Source: Octopus sinensis (Eukaryota). Taken from it: a stretch of 64,000 nt of DNA. The stretch's first letter is position 1. Each line of letters starts with the position of its first letter. Of the stretch, positions 38,001 to 50,619 are shown in pieces. The stretch spans positions 24,440,464-24,504,463 of the forward strand of contig NC_043011.1 in NCBI RefSeq assembly GCF_006345805.1, given 5' to 3'. The notes beneath the pieces were generated by a model. It saw only the letters and a list, made by a program, of their open reading frames with translations, was not told the DNA's origin and ran no database searches. The position numbers were made by a program, and so were the translations under genes.

Positions 38001-39837
38001 ATGGGAAGAGATAGGATTACGGCTTGAGGTAGCCTGGCCTAAGGTTAAATTTTGTAGAGAGAGAGATAGAACGATAAATCAAGTTATGGCGAAGGCTTGA
38101 AAGTAGCCTAAAAGGTTAAATTTTCGTAACAATGTATGAAGAAACGTAGTAACAACGAATAAAATAGTAAGATAAATTTTTAAGAACTTGCTGCGGACAT
38201 CGAACGGGAGTTGAAATTGAATTGGGAATTTAAATTATAGAATCGTAATGGTGAGAGGAGGAAAAAAAAGGAAAAAAAGACCGCCAATGGCTGAAAGATG
38301 AGAAGAGATGGGAAGAGATGGGAAGAGATAGGATTACGGCTTGAGGTAGCCTGGCCTAAGGTTAAATTTTGTAGAGAGAGAGATAGAACGATAAATCAAG
38401 TTATGGCGAAGGCTTGAAAGTAGCCTAAAAGGTTAAATTTTCGTAACAATGTATGAAGAAACGTAGTAACAACGAATAAAATAGTAAGATAAATTTTTAA
38501 GAACTTGCTGCGGACATCGAACGGGAGTTGAAATTGAATTGGGAATTTAAATTATAGAATCGTAATGGTGAGAGGAGAAAAAAAAGGAAAAAAGACCGCC
38601 AATGGCTGAAAGATGAGAAGAGATGGGAAGAGATGGGAAGAGATAGGATTACGGCTTGAGGTAGCCTGGCCTAAGGTTAAATTTTGTAGAGAGAGAGATA
38701 GAACGATAATCAAGTTATGGCGAAGGCTTGAAAGTAGCCTAAAAGGTTAAATTTTCGTAACAATGTATGAAGAAACGTAGTAACAACGAATAAATAGTAA
38801 GATAAATTTTTAAGAACTTGCTGCGGACATCGAACGGGAGTTGAAATTGAATTGGGAATTTAAATTATAGAATCGTAATGGTGAGAGGAGGAAAAAAAAG
38901 GAAAAAAAGACCGCCAATGGCTGAAAGATGAGAAGAGATGGAAGAGATGGGAAGAGATAGGATTACGGCTTGAGGTAGCCTGGCCTAAGGTTAAATTTGT
39001 AGAGAGAGAGATAGAACGATAAATCAAGTTATGGCGAAGGCTTGAAAGTAGCCTAAAAGGTTAATTTTCGTAACAATGTATGAAGAAACGTAGTAACAAC
39101 GAATAAAATAGTAAGATAAATTTTTAAGAACTTGCTGCGGACATCGAACGGGAGTTGAAATTGAATTGGGAATTTAAATTATAGAATCGTAATGGTGAGA
39201 GGAGGAAAAAAAGGAAAAAAAGACCGCCAATGGCTGAAAGATGAGAAGAGATGGGAAGAGATGGGAAGAGATAGGATTACGGCTTGAGGTAGCCTGGCCT
39301 AAGGTTAAATTTTGTAGAGAGAGAGATAGAACGATAAATCAAGTTATGGCGAAGGCTTGAAAGTAGCCTAAAAGGTTAAATTTTCGTAACAATGTATGAA
39401 GAAACGTAGTAACAACGAATAAAATAGTAAGATAAATTTTTAAGAACTTGCTGCGGACATCGAACGGGAGTTGAAATTGAATTGGGAATTTAAATTATAG
39501 AATCGTAATGGTGAGAGGAGGAAAAAAAAGGAAAAAAGACCGCCAATGGCTGAAAGATGAGAAGAGATGGGAAGAGATGGGAAGATAGGATTACGGCTTG
39601 AGGTAGCCTGGCCTAAGGTTAAATTTTGTAGAGAGAGAGATAGAACGATAAATCAAGTTATGGCGAAGGCTTGAAGTAGCCTAAAAGGTTAAATTTTCGT
39701 AACATGTATGAAGAAACGTAGTAACAACGAATAAAATAGTAAGATAAATTTTTAAGAACTTGCTGCGGACATCGAACGGGAGTTGAAATTGAATTGGGAA
39801 TTTAAATTATAGAATCGTAATGGTGAGAGGAGGAAAA
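32028..39837 (+). repeat. Head-to-tail satellite array of 25 monomers, consensus ~317 bp
   Basis: Monomer starts (CCGCCAATGGCTG) counted at 32028, 32340, 32650 ... 37964, 38281 ... 39540, with the last copy slightly truncated. Differences between copies are mostly 1-3 bp deletions. Confidence 0.98.
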
Positions 39838-39847
39838 TATATATATA

Positions 39848-40030
39848 CTCTTTACTCTTTTACTTGTTTCAGTCATTTTGACTGCGGCCATGCTGGAGCA
39901 CCACCTTTAGTCGAGCAAATTGACCCCAGGAGTTATACTTTGAAAGCCTAGTACTTATACTATTGCTAAGTTACGGGGACGTAAACACACCAACATCGGT
40001 TGTCAAGCGATGTTGGGGGCACAAACACAA

Positions 40031-40066
<36 letters not shown>

Positions 40067-40621
40067 GACGGGCTTCTTTCAATTTCCGTCTACCAAATCC
40101 GAGGCTATAGTAGAAGACACTTGCCCAAGGTGCCACGCAATGGGACTGAACCCGGAACCATGTGGTTGGAAAGCGAGCTACTTACCACACAGCCACTCCT
40201 ACGCCTATAAATATATATATATACAGAGAGAGAGAGAGACTCTATATGTATATATATGTATATATACAAAATAAGAAATAATACAAAATAAGAACCCCTA
40301 TCTCACTTTGTACTTCATCATCATCATCATCATCGTTTAACGTGCGTTTTCCATGCTAGCATGGGTTGGATGGTTCAACTGGGGTCTGGGAAGCCAGAAG
40401 GCTGTGCCAGGCCCAATCTGATCTGGCAGTGTTTCTACAGCTGGATGTATACTTATATACATATAGCTGGATGTCTACTTATATGTATATATATAGACTC
40501 TTTTGCTCTTATTTGTTTCAGTCATTTGACTGCGGCCATGCTAGAGCACCACCTTTAATCGAACAAATAGACTCCAGGACTTATTCTTTGTAAGAGGGAG
40601 GGACAAACACAGACACACAAT

Positions 40622-40654
<33 letters not shown>

Positions 40655-40790
40655 GACGAGCTTTTTTCATTTTCCGTCTACCAAATCCACTCACAAGGCT
40701 TTGGTCGGCCAAGGTGCCACATAGTGGGACTGAACCTGGAACCATTTGGTTCGTAAGCAAGCTACTTACCACACAGTCACTCCTGCATAT
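39848..40790 (-). mobile_element. Cluster of minus-strand SINEs: family A (39848-40205), family C tail (40316-40445), family A (40500-40790)
   Basis: CTCTTTTACTCTTTTACTTGTTTCAGTC tail, reverse-complement head GCTACTTACCACACAGCCACTCCT, and (CAT)n-CGTTTAACG. Confidence 0.8.
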
Positions 40791-42476
40791 ATCTATATAT
40801 TTATTTATGCATATATATATATATTTGTTTTTCAGTCTGGGTTGTACATGTGTGTGTGTGTGTGTGTACAGCCTAGTTGGTCATTTCACAAATCTGTCTT
40901 AGATAGAAACAGCACCAAGTACATTAGGTGCTTGAGGACTGACGACATAACCTTAAGTTCAAAACTTACAACAGCTATAATGTTGCGTACAGTTACATAA
41001 CTCTGCCTCTGTACACAACTTTTTGCTTGAAACGAACAAGTTGACCTCCATGCAGTTGCTCAACTTGCTAGAAATACCAGCCAAATCCCCTTAAACTCGC
41101 ATTACATCATTCATAGCCTATATTTCAAAAAAGGAAAAAGACACATTAGATAATATAGTCTGAAAACAGGTTTCCAGCTATGAAAACATGACCGTTTGAC
41201 AATAATATAAAACTTTGTATTTCAGTGTCTGCTATGTTGTATTTGTAATATTTTGCCACTTGAAACAGAAGCCTGCCAGCTTAGATCTTACTAAGGCTAT
41301 CCAATAACAAACAGCAATATTTCACAAGAAATCAATTACTGTTGTATTGAAAACAGTTTTTAAAACCATTTTTCAGATAACAATTTTTTCCCTCTCTCTC
41401 TCTCTCAAGACAAAATGAATAAACCTCAATACTGGATGTTTTTTGAGTTTTCAATATTTTAGTTTTATCTTCAGATTTATTCATAAAAAATGTAGAGAGA
41501 AAATATTTTGAACCAATATTTCGACAGAGTGTGGTTTCTTTCTTTTATTTATTGATCCAGCTCTTATTTTGTTATTGTTGTTGTTGTTGTTTTGTATTGG
41601 TTTCTTCTTTTATATCATTGTTCTTTTTCTTTTATAAATAAATGATCTATATTTGTGAGTATGAATGGGCATATGTGCATGCATGCGTGTGTTTATGTGT
41701 GTTTGAGTGTGTGTGATTAAGAGAAAGTGAGTGCAGGCATGTATGTTTGTGTGGATGTAGTTGTGTATGGATATTTTTGTGTGTATGTTGTGTGCATATT
41801 TTGTGTGTATTCAGCCATGTGACTACATTATGGCTGAATGGTTAAGAAGTCTGCATCACAATCATAAGGCCCCAGGTTGGATATCACCTTTTTAGCATTT
41901 CAGACAAGTACTTTTTTATTGCTAAAACTTCAGGTCAGCCCAAGTCTTGTAAGTGAAATTAGATAGGTGGGACTATAGAAAAGACCACCGGATTGTTTGT
42001 ACTTGTGAACTCAAAGGTCAGATTTGTTATGTATTATGTCACTCACACTGATTCTGGCTTGGGGTTTTTCTTTTTAATCTTCAATCCAAGAGAGACAGGC
42101 AGTGTCCATAACCCTTTTTCCAAGGTCTCCAACACTCTGCTATGAGGTTGGGAGTGAGAAAGATATCCCCTAACTGAGACCTGGCCTAAATGCCTGTGAT
42201 AGAGGGGTCTCTGCTAAAGGCACCCAAGAACCAGTTGGTGGTTTTAAATCAGGCAGCAGATTCAGTCTACTCCTTAAGGAACATTGAGGATTCATATCTC
42301 AGTTGATTGAACAATTGAACACATGTCACTGAAACCAACAGAGATTCATTTGCTTAAATGCACTGGTGTATCTCAGGCAACATGGTTATGGATAATATAA
42401 TAAGACTCTGAGGATAACCTTGTTGGTAGTTGTTAGGATTAGGTTTACTTTTACTTATATTTTGGTGTTTATTTTG

Positions 42477-42763
42477 TTGCATCTTGGGAGGGTCATTATG
42501 CTGACAACAAACACATGCACAGGTTCTATCTCACTTCTTTTATTAGTCGACCATTTAGATTTGTCAAAGTCCTTTCATTACCATTCATGACCTCATCAAT
42601 GACATACACTCTCTACTCCAGGTTTGCTCAATTAATGAAATAGTCAAGCAATCAATTAGTTAACTTGTTAAACAGTTAATTAATTGATTAATAGTAATAA
42701 AAGAAGCGAAATAAAACCAGTGCTTGTGTTTATCATTGGCAGAACAGCCCTCCTAAGATACAA
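42477..42763. mobile_element. Long-TIR MITE, same family as 56535-57165
   Basis: TTGCATCTTGGGAGGGTCATTATGC..AAACACATGCAC..TCACTTCTTTATTA is inverted against TAATAAAAGAAGCGAAA..GTGCTTGTGTTT..CCCTCCTAAGATACAA. Confidence 0.7.
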
Positions 42764-44949
42764 CAAAATCTGTTTCAAATATTGTGTATATATATGTTAT
42801 ATTTGCATGCATTTATATTATATGTTTGTGTATGTATATTATATATATTTAAATCATATGATTGTGTGTGTATATCACATATTTTCATTATATGCTTGTG
42901 TTTGTATATTATATATATTTGTGTGTGTGTGTGTGCATTTTTATGTTCGTGTAAGCAAATATATACGAGTGTTGTATTTTGTTACTCATGTTAAGTTCAG
43001 TAACCATAGTCAGCATTATCTTATAGACTTACAATACAGAGGTACTCAATAGAAGACTAGTTCTGTGGAATGCTTTCTGTGTCTCCATTACATCTGTAAT
43101 ATAAAGGCATGTTATGCAATTGAGACATTTAGCACTTAAATATGCTGGTGCTTGATGTGAAGCTTTCTGACACCATACAGAACAGGTCAAGCAATTATAT
43201 AAAAATTCCTTTTCTGGTTGGTTAAGTTCATCGATGTAATTGTTGTAGTTTAATCCTAAGTTAGCTCTGATCCAATAGATCTATCATCAGTTGTAATGTA
43301 ATGCCTGAGATTTATGCTATTCAAAGTGTCAATCCCTTTTTCTTTTCCTTTTTAAGACAAATGGATTTGATTTCAGAGAGATTTATCTGTTAATTCTAAG
43401 AAATCAAGAGACTACACAGTCTCATCTTTTGTTGGTTCGAGCAATCCTGTAGAGGTTCTTTTACTGGCTTATATATATATTGACTTCCCTATTAGCTCAT
43501 GTAGAGACTGCTCTTTGGCTCACAGTCTCTTTAGTTGAATTGTGTAAACTCCAGCATTGACTTTCTGAAACTTTCTCATTGGTTCATATAAAAGCTTTAT
43601 CATTGTGTCATGTACAACACCTCTGATGGATACAACAACAACAACATCATCATCATCATCATCACCACCATCACCACCACCACCATCATCATCATTTAAC
43701 GCCCGTCTTCCATGCTGGCATAAGTTGGACAGTTTGATAGGAGCCAGCCAGACAGAAGACTACACCAGACTTCTGTGTCTGTTTAAGGCATGGTTTTTAC
43801 AGCTGGATGCCTTTCCTAACAACAACCGCCCTGCAGAGTTAACTGAGTGCTTTTTATGTGGCATGAGCACAATTGAGGTCAGTTTTGGCATGGTTTTTAT
43901 GACAACCACTTTGCAGTGTAGACTGGATACATGTAGAGATTTTTTTTCATTTAGTTGTATAAAAACTCTCGTTTGCTCATGCAATGACTTCCTCATTGGC
44001 TTATGTAGAAACTCCTACACTGGCACACTCACACTTTGACTCAAGTAGAAGCTCTTCTTCACACAGTATTTTTTGTTGTATCATATGGAGACTCACCTAT
44101 TGGCTTTTGTAGAACCTCTCTAATTGGTTCAAGTAGAGAATACTTCATTGGTTTATTAAGTTGATTGACGATTCAGTAGGTGAAACTTGAACCCTCTCTA
44201 ATTTTTGTTGTAAGCAGTAACAAATACTTCAGCAATGATATTTGAAAACAAACCACACATTTGTTAAATTACAGTAACCATTGTTATGTTACTTCTGTTT
44301 TGCTGCAGACAACAAAATAGCAGGAGGGACTTTCAAAAGATTGCACACTACAATAGATTATCCTTATACAATGCCAAGCCATTGTAAATTATGCAATCTC
44401 AATAAATTATGATTTCAGAAATATTTTTTTCTTTCTCTGTTTTTATTTGTTAGAGATATTTTTCACAAATCTTAAAGAAGTAAAACCAGAATTGGGAAAA
44501 ATTATTTTCTACATTGCATTACAAAACATCAATGCTTCTGGATTTATTCTTCATTAGCAAAAGTCAAGGAAAATAACTTGTTTTGTGATCTTTTCACTAT
44601 GAAGGCAAAACCAGCTAGATCACAAAATTTGTGCTGTGGAACAAAGTGTCTTGTAATTCAAAATTCTTACTTTTTTTTTTTTTTCTGAATTAGTTTGGTA
44701 AGAGTCTAGCAAAACTGAAATACAAAAGCAATACCTTATTCTTCAGAAAGGAATGAAGTAGGGATTAATATCTTACAGAAATAACCTTGAATATGAAAAT
44801 AGGGTTTGTTAGTCCATGTTTTTTAATGACCAGTATTCTGTGTCTGAGGTAAAGACACATAATTCTGAATAGCCTAGTTGAAGCAACTGAAATGGGTTGT
44901 TATTGTTGTTGCTTAGACCCAGGGCAATCTTGATCCACTAGACCTATAA

Positions 44950-45150
44950 TGGTTTCAAATTCTGGCACAAGGCCTGCAATTTCAGGAGACGGGGTAAATC
45001 GATTACATTAACCCCAATACTCAACTGGTACTTATTTTATCGACTCTGAAAGTATGAAAGGCAAAGTTAACCTTGGTGGAATTTGAACTCAGAATGTAAG
45101 GACAGACAAAGTGCATTTTGCTCAAAAAGAAAACAATTCTGCCAGCTTGC
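44950..45150 (-). mobile_element. Family B SINE
   Basis: GGTACTTATTTTATCGAC...GAAAGGCAAAGTTAACCTTGGTGGAATTTGAACTCAG. Confidence 0.75.
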
Positions 45151-45261
45151 TGTCTTCTCTAGACCTATAATAAAAGACAATCAAGCTATAGTCATCCTGT
45201 CTTTTCTAGGACTACCCAGGTCTACATTATTTAATACAGGGTGAATCAAACGTTGACCTAC

Positions 45262-45373
45262 CTCCATATCATTCTTCCTGTCACTTTGTTTATAAGTTAG
45301 CACACTTGTTATGCTTTGCTTTATTTCCACTACTCTTGCTTGGGTCAAGTCATCATAAATTGATGGTAGAGTC
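45262..45373 (-). other. Candidate 112 nt exon of an unidentified gene (TLPSIYDDLTQARVVEIKQSITSVLTYKQSDRKNDME)
   Basis: Non-repetitive, open in one frame, bounded by GATAG| and GAG|GTAGGT. No protein family was recognised. Confidence 0.3.
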
Positions 45374-45994
45374 CTATCAATCCAGAACACATATAGAGAG
45401 TTGTTTAAGGAACATTAAATGATCTTTAAGAAAAATTTTATTTTGTATGTTATTATATTTGTGAATCCTTAGTTTACTCATGCCTTTCTAGCTAGCCTTT
45501 TTATAATAGTAGCTTTGCTTGGATGACTATAATGGATTATTATGATGCATCACACTTTCTGGTTTTAGTGTATCTGTACCATATATTTCTGTACCTTATC
45601 TCTTATATATATATTCAAATTTACTTTTTACAATTGTATAAGGAATATGTTTAAGCGAATCTATATATATTTGTTTATATAAGAAAATCATATATATTAA
45701 TATTAAATCATTGTATTCATATTTCATAAACCAATTCAATTGTTATTGCTTTTTATTTGATCCATTCCAATCATAAACAGATGTTAATGACAAGGATGAT
45801 GTTTGAACAGAAATTGATCTAGCTACAATGAAACTTCATCATGAATAATAATTTTTCACCAAAAAACTAATACAAGAATTTATCTTACAATAATGAATGT
45901 ACCAGAAAGTATTGTTGCATTTCATATGATACTCTGTGATGAAATAATGCTATTCAGAGCAGTAGAAATTATTTTCTAAATATAAAATATAAGA

Positions 45995-46241
45995 ATGCAG
46001 GCATGTCTGTGTGCTAAGAAGCTTGCTTCCCAACCATTTCGTTCTGAGTTCAGTCCCACAGCATGGAACCTTGAGCAAGTAAGTGTCTTCTACTATAGGC
46101 TTGGACCAACCAAAGCCTTGTGAATAGATTTGGTAGACAGAAACTGAGTATATATATATATATAGGTATAGTTGTCACTTTAGTGATGACTATACTTGTT
46201 GTCTTGTGGTTCTAAATTGCGAATAGCCACCTTGATAATGT

Positions 46242-46283
<42 letters not shown>

Positions 46284-46757
46284 CACATGCATACATACAT
46301 ATGTATATATATATTTGTGTGTTTGTTCCCCACCACTGCTTGACAACCAGTGTTGGTATGTTTACATCCCAGTTACTTGGTGGTTCAGCAAAGAGAGAGA
46401 GATAAAATAAGTACCAGGTTTAAGAAATGTGCTAAAAATAACATCTTAATAGCCCTTAAATCATACAGCAAATTTTTATTTTAGTTTGGTTTTTGCATAA
46501 CCATATGAATTCCCATATTCTTTTATTTGCTTCAGTCTTTTGATTACAGCCATGACAGAACACTCCCTTAAGCACTTTTTTGTTGAAGAAATCAACCACA
46601 GGACTTATTCTTTATAAGCCTAGTACTTATCCTATCAGTCTCTTTTGCCAAACTGCTAAGTTATTGGGATGTAAACACACCAACATCAGTTGCCAAGCAA
46701 TGATGTGGAGACACACACAGACACAAAAACACACACATACAAATATCTATCTGTCTA

Positions 46758-46814
<57 letters not shown>

Positions 46815-46820
46815 ATATAT

Positions 46821-46863
<43 letters not shown>

Positions 46864-48451
46864 GATGGCTTCCTTTTAGTTTCCATCTACAAAATTCACT
46901 CATAACGTTTTGGCCGGCCCGAGGCTATAGTAGAAGAAACTTGCCCAGGGTGCCATGCAGTGGGACTGAACCTGGAACCATGTCGCTGGATAGCAAACTT
47001 CTTACCACACAGCGATGCATCATATGTAGAATGCAAATTCACAAAAATTTTCTCAAAATTTCAAAAAGTATAAGAGTTACAAGGGGTTATATGCCATGTA
47101 TATAGCAGAATTCTGTTAAAAAAAGGGGAAAAAATAAACTCAGTTACATTATATACTTTATTGCTTTTTTTTTTTTTGCTGTTGTCATTGTTGTAATTTA
47201 GCTCCTTTGAAGCAGACCTTTAATCAAAGACATTCCATTTCTGACCATCCTTTTTAATTTTTGCATAGGCACATTCTTGACTGTGGTTATGATGGTACTT
47301 TCCAACCACATGACACTTTCCAGTTTGGGTTCAGTCTCTCAGCATGAGATCTTGAACAAACATCTACTGCTGCCTCAGATCAATCATCACCTTGTGAACG
47401 GCTTTGACAGACAGGAATGGAAAGAGATCAGAAGGCTTTTAATCTTGCTTCAGTTGTTAAACTGTGGCCATACTGGAACACCACCTTGAAGAAGAATTTC
47501 AGTTGGACTTATCAACCCCCAGTACTTATTACTTTATTGTAAAGCTTGATACTTATTCTATCAGTTCACTTTTGCTGAACGACTAAGTTACGGGGATACA
47601 AATACACAAACACCAGTTGTCAAGCAGTGATGAGAGACACACACACATGATGGGCTTCTTTCAGTTTCTCATTTCTTTATTGGCCACAAGGGGCTAAACA
47701 TAGAAGGGACAAACAAGGACAGACAAAGGGATTAAGTCGATGACATCGACCCCAATGCATAACTGGTACTTAATTTATCGACCCCGAAAGGATGAAAAGC
47801 AAAGTTGACCTCGGTGGAATTTGAACTCAGAACGTAGCGGCAGACGAAATACAGCTAAGCATTTCGCCCGACAAGCTAACGTTTCTGCCAGCTTGCGCAT
47901 CTTTCAGTTTCTGTCTACCTAATCCACAAGGCTTTGATCAGCCAAAGGCTATAATAGAAGAGACTTGCCCAAGGTGCTTTGCAGTGGGACTGAATCTGGA
48001 ACCATGTGGTTGGGAAGCAAGCTCCTTACCACACAGCCACACCTGCACCTTTGTTTATATGTATTTATATGTATGTCAGTCTCAGTGTATGACACTCTGG
48101 GCAAGTGGCTTCTGCTAGAGTTCCAAATTGACCAAAACCATGGGGGTGGGTTTGGTCAATGAAAACTGAAAGAAGCCTATCATACATGTGTGTGTGTGTG
48201 TGTGTGTTGTGTCTTTTATCTTTTATCTTTTACCTGTTTCAGTCATTAGACTGGGACCATGCTGGAGCACTGCCTTGAAAAAGTTTAGTTAAGCAAATCA
48301 ATCTCAGCACTTTTTTTAAGCCTGATACTTATTCTATCAATCTCTTTTACCAAACTGCAAAGTCATGGGGATGTAAACACACCAACAACAGTTGTCAAGC
48401 AGTGGCAGAGGACAAACACAAATACAAAGATACACATATACACAGACACAG

Positions 48452-48489
<38 letters not shown>

Positions 48490-48870
48490 GATGGTCTTCT
48501 TTCAGTTTCCATCTACCAAATCCACTCACAAGGCTTTGGTTGGCCTGAGGTTATAGTTGAAGACACTTGCCCAAGGTGCCATGCAGTGGGACTGAACCTG
48601 GAACCATGTGGTTGGGAAACAAGCTTCTTACCACACAGCCATGCCTGCATGCGTAAGTTGGTGTCTCCTTAGCTTAACATTACATGATAGTTGTAAACAA
48701 GTGTCTCCATCATACGGCAGTGTTCTTTGTTTCCAGTCTCCCACGAAAGCATGTCTTGTCTTTGGAGAAATGTTTCCATTGTTGGAAACTGGTGCATGTA
48801 GCCATAGAAAATTCTCAACAAATTCTCTCTGACCCATGCAAACATCGAAAAGTGGATGCTAAGAAGAAGA
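45995..48870. mobile_element. Dense nest of family A SINEs in both orientations, with a young family B SINE (47670-47899, minus) inserted with a 13 bp TSD, and a family D copy
   Basis: Family A (+) at about 45995-46145, 46310-46430, 47270-47430 and 48080-48200. Family A (-) at about 46520-47020, 47440-48050 and 48210-48650. TSD TCTTTCAGTTTCT at 47657-47669 and 47900-47912. Confidence 0.8.
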
Positions 48871-49688
48871 TGATAATGGTGATGGCAGTGGAGGAAGAGG
48901 AGGAGGAGGAGAAGAAGAAGAAGAAGAAGAAGAAGAACTACACTGTCCAGTGTAGGCTTTCTTTATTTAAAATGTTTGTTTGCAATTTCAGGAGGATTCC
49001 AGCCATGACCATGCCATCTTTTTGTATGTCAGGGACTATCTTATCTAGCATCTTTCTCTTTATTCAAGATTCTTGCTGCGTGTGATTTGAAGGAAATTCA
49101 GTTGCTATTTCTAGCAGGTCATGTAGCAGGCATCTTGCAATTGCTTCCTCAGTATCTTTCAGATGCAGGTGATATGCACAAGAATTGGTGATGAAAAATA
49201 CTACTCAACACAGATTCAATCAAAACGTCTCTACACGATACTCACAATGCCCACCCAGCCCTCCATTATCTCATTAATATTCCAGATATTTCCCATCCTA
49301 ACCATGTGTTGATTGCAACATGAAATGTCCATGTACATTAAAAGATTTCTCTTGAAGAACAATCATGCTTCACATTGTTAAAGGTTCCTTTAATAATTTC
49401 CATTCTTCTGGATGGAATTTTACCAGAAATAACATTCTAAAAATAATTTTTCAGTTCTTATTTTTATTTGTTTTATATTTTTTTTTCATATTACATTTTT
49501 CTTTTTCTATTCCAGTGGAAGGAGATTTTTATTAAATTGAATGAAATGAAACATTTTTCTCTCTCCTGTAATTAAATAATAAATTTCAAAATTTAGTAAA
49601 ATGAAAAAAAATTTTTTTTCACATTAATGAAGTGAAAATAATTTGTTCCAAACTGGAAATTATTTAAATTCAAAAAATATTTTCTTGC

Positions 49689-49725
<37 letters not shown>

Positions 49726-49929
49726 CATATTTATGTATAAATGTTTGTGTGTGTGTGTATGTATATATATATATATTATATATATATATATACATACATA
49801 CACACACAAACATTTATACATAAATATGTATATATATATATACATACACATACATGTATATATATACACATACACACACAAATATTTATATATAAATATG
49901 TATACATATATATGTGTATATATGTATAT

Positions 49930-50403
49930 ATATACTGACTGGCTCCTAAGCTGGTGGTATGTAAAAAGCATCATCCGAACATATACTGACTGGCTCCCAT
50001 GCCGGTGGCATGTAAAATGCACCATTTGAATGTGGCCAATGCCAGTACCCCCTAACTGGCTCTTGTGTCGATGGCACATAAAAAGCACCATCTGAACATG
50101 GCCAATGCCAGTACCCACTGACTTGCCCCTGTGTCGGTGGTACATAAAAAGCACAATCTGAACGTGACCGATGCCAGGCCTGCCTAACTGGCTCCTGTGC
50201 CAATGGCACATAAAAAGCACCGACTACATTCTCAGAGTTATTAGCATTAGGAAGGGCATCCAGCTTTAGAAACATTGCCAGACCAGATTGGAGCCTGGTG
50301 CAGCCGCTGGCTCTGCAGATCTCAGTGAAACCGTCCAACCCATGGCGCATGGAAAACGGATGTTAAACGATGATGATGCTGATGATGATGCTGATGATGA
50401 TGA

Positions 50404-50405
<2 letters not shown>
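49930..50405 (+). mobile_element. Family C retroposon with five internal ~50-62 bp units
   Basis: CTGACTGGCTCC..GGTGGCA(C/T)(G/A)TAAAAAGCACC is repeated five times at 49935-50222, followed by the C body and (GAT)n. Confidence 0.85.
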
Positions 50406-50456
<51 letters not shown>

Positions 50457-50619
50457 TATACATGTATGTATCTTTGTATGTATATATGTTTAAATTTTTA
50501 TTTTGATTATAAAACTGTATATGTTTTGGGATTCTTGTACACAGGAATAGTAGTAAATTTTCAACATGTGCTGAAGCCATGAACCAATTCTAATTCCTAG
50601 CTGTTTTTTTTTTCCTCTT

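Noticed and set aside
32028-39837. Array as a CRISPR locus or a hammerhead retrozyme array
   Set aside because: There are no unique spacers and no cas genes. I found no CUGANGA core on either strand of the monomer, and no convincing HDV, twister or pistol fold by eye.
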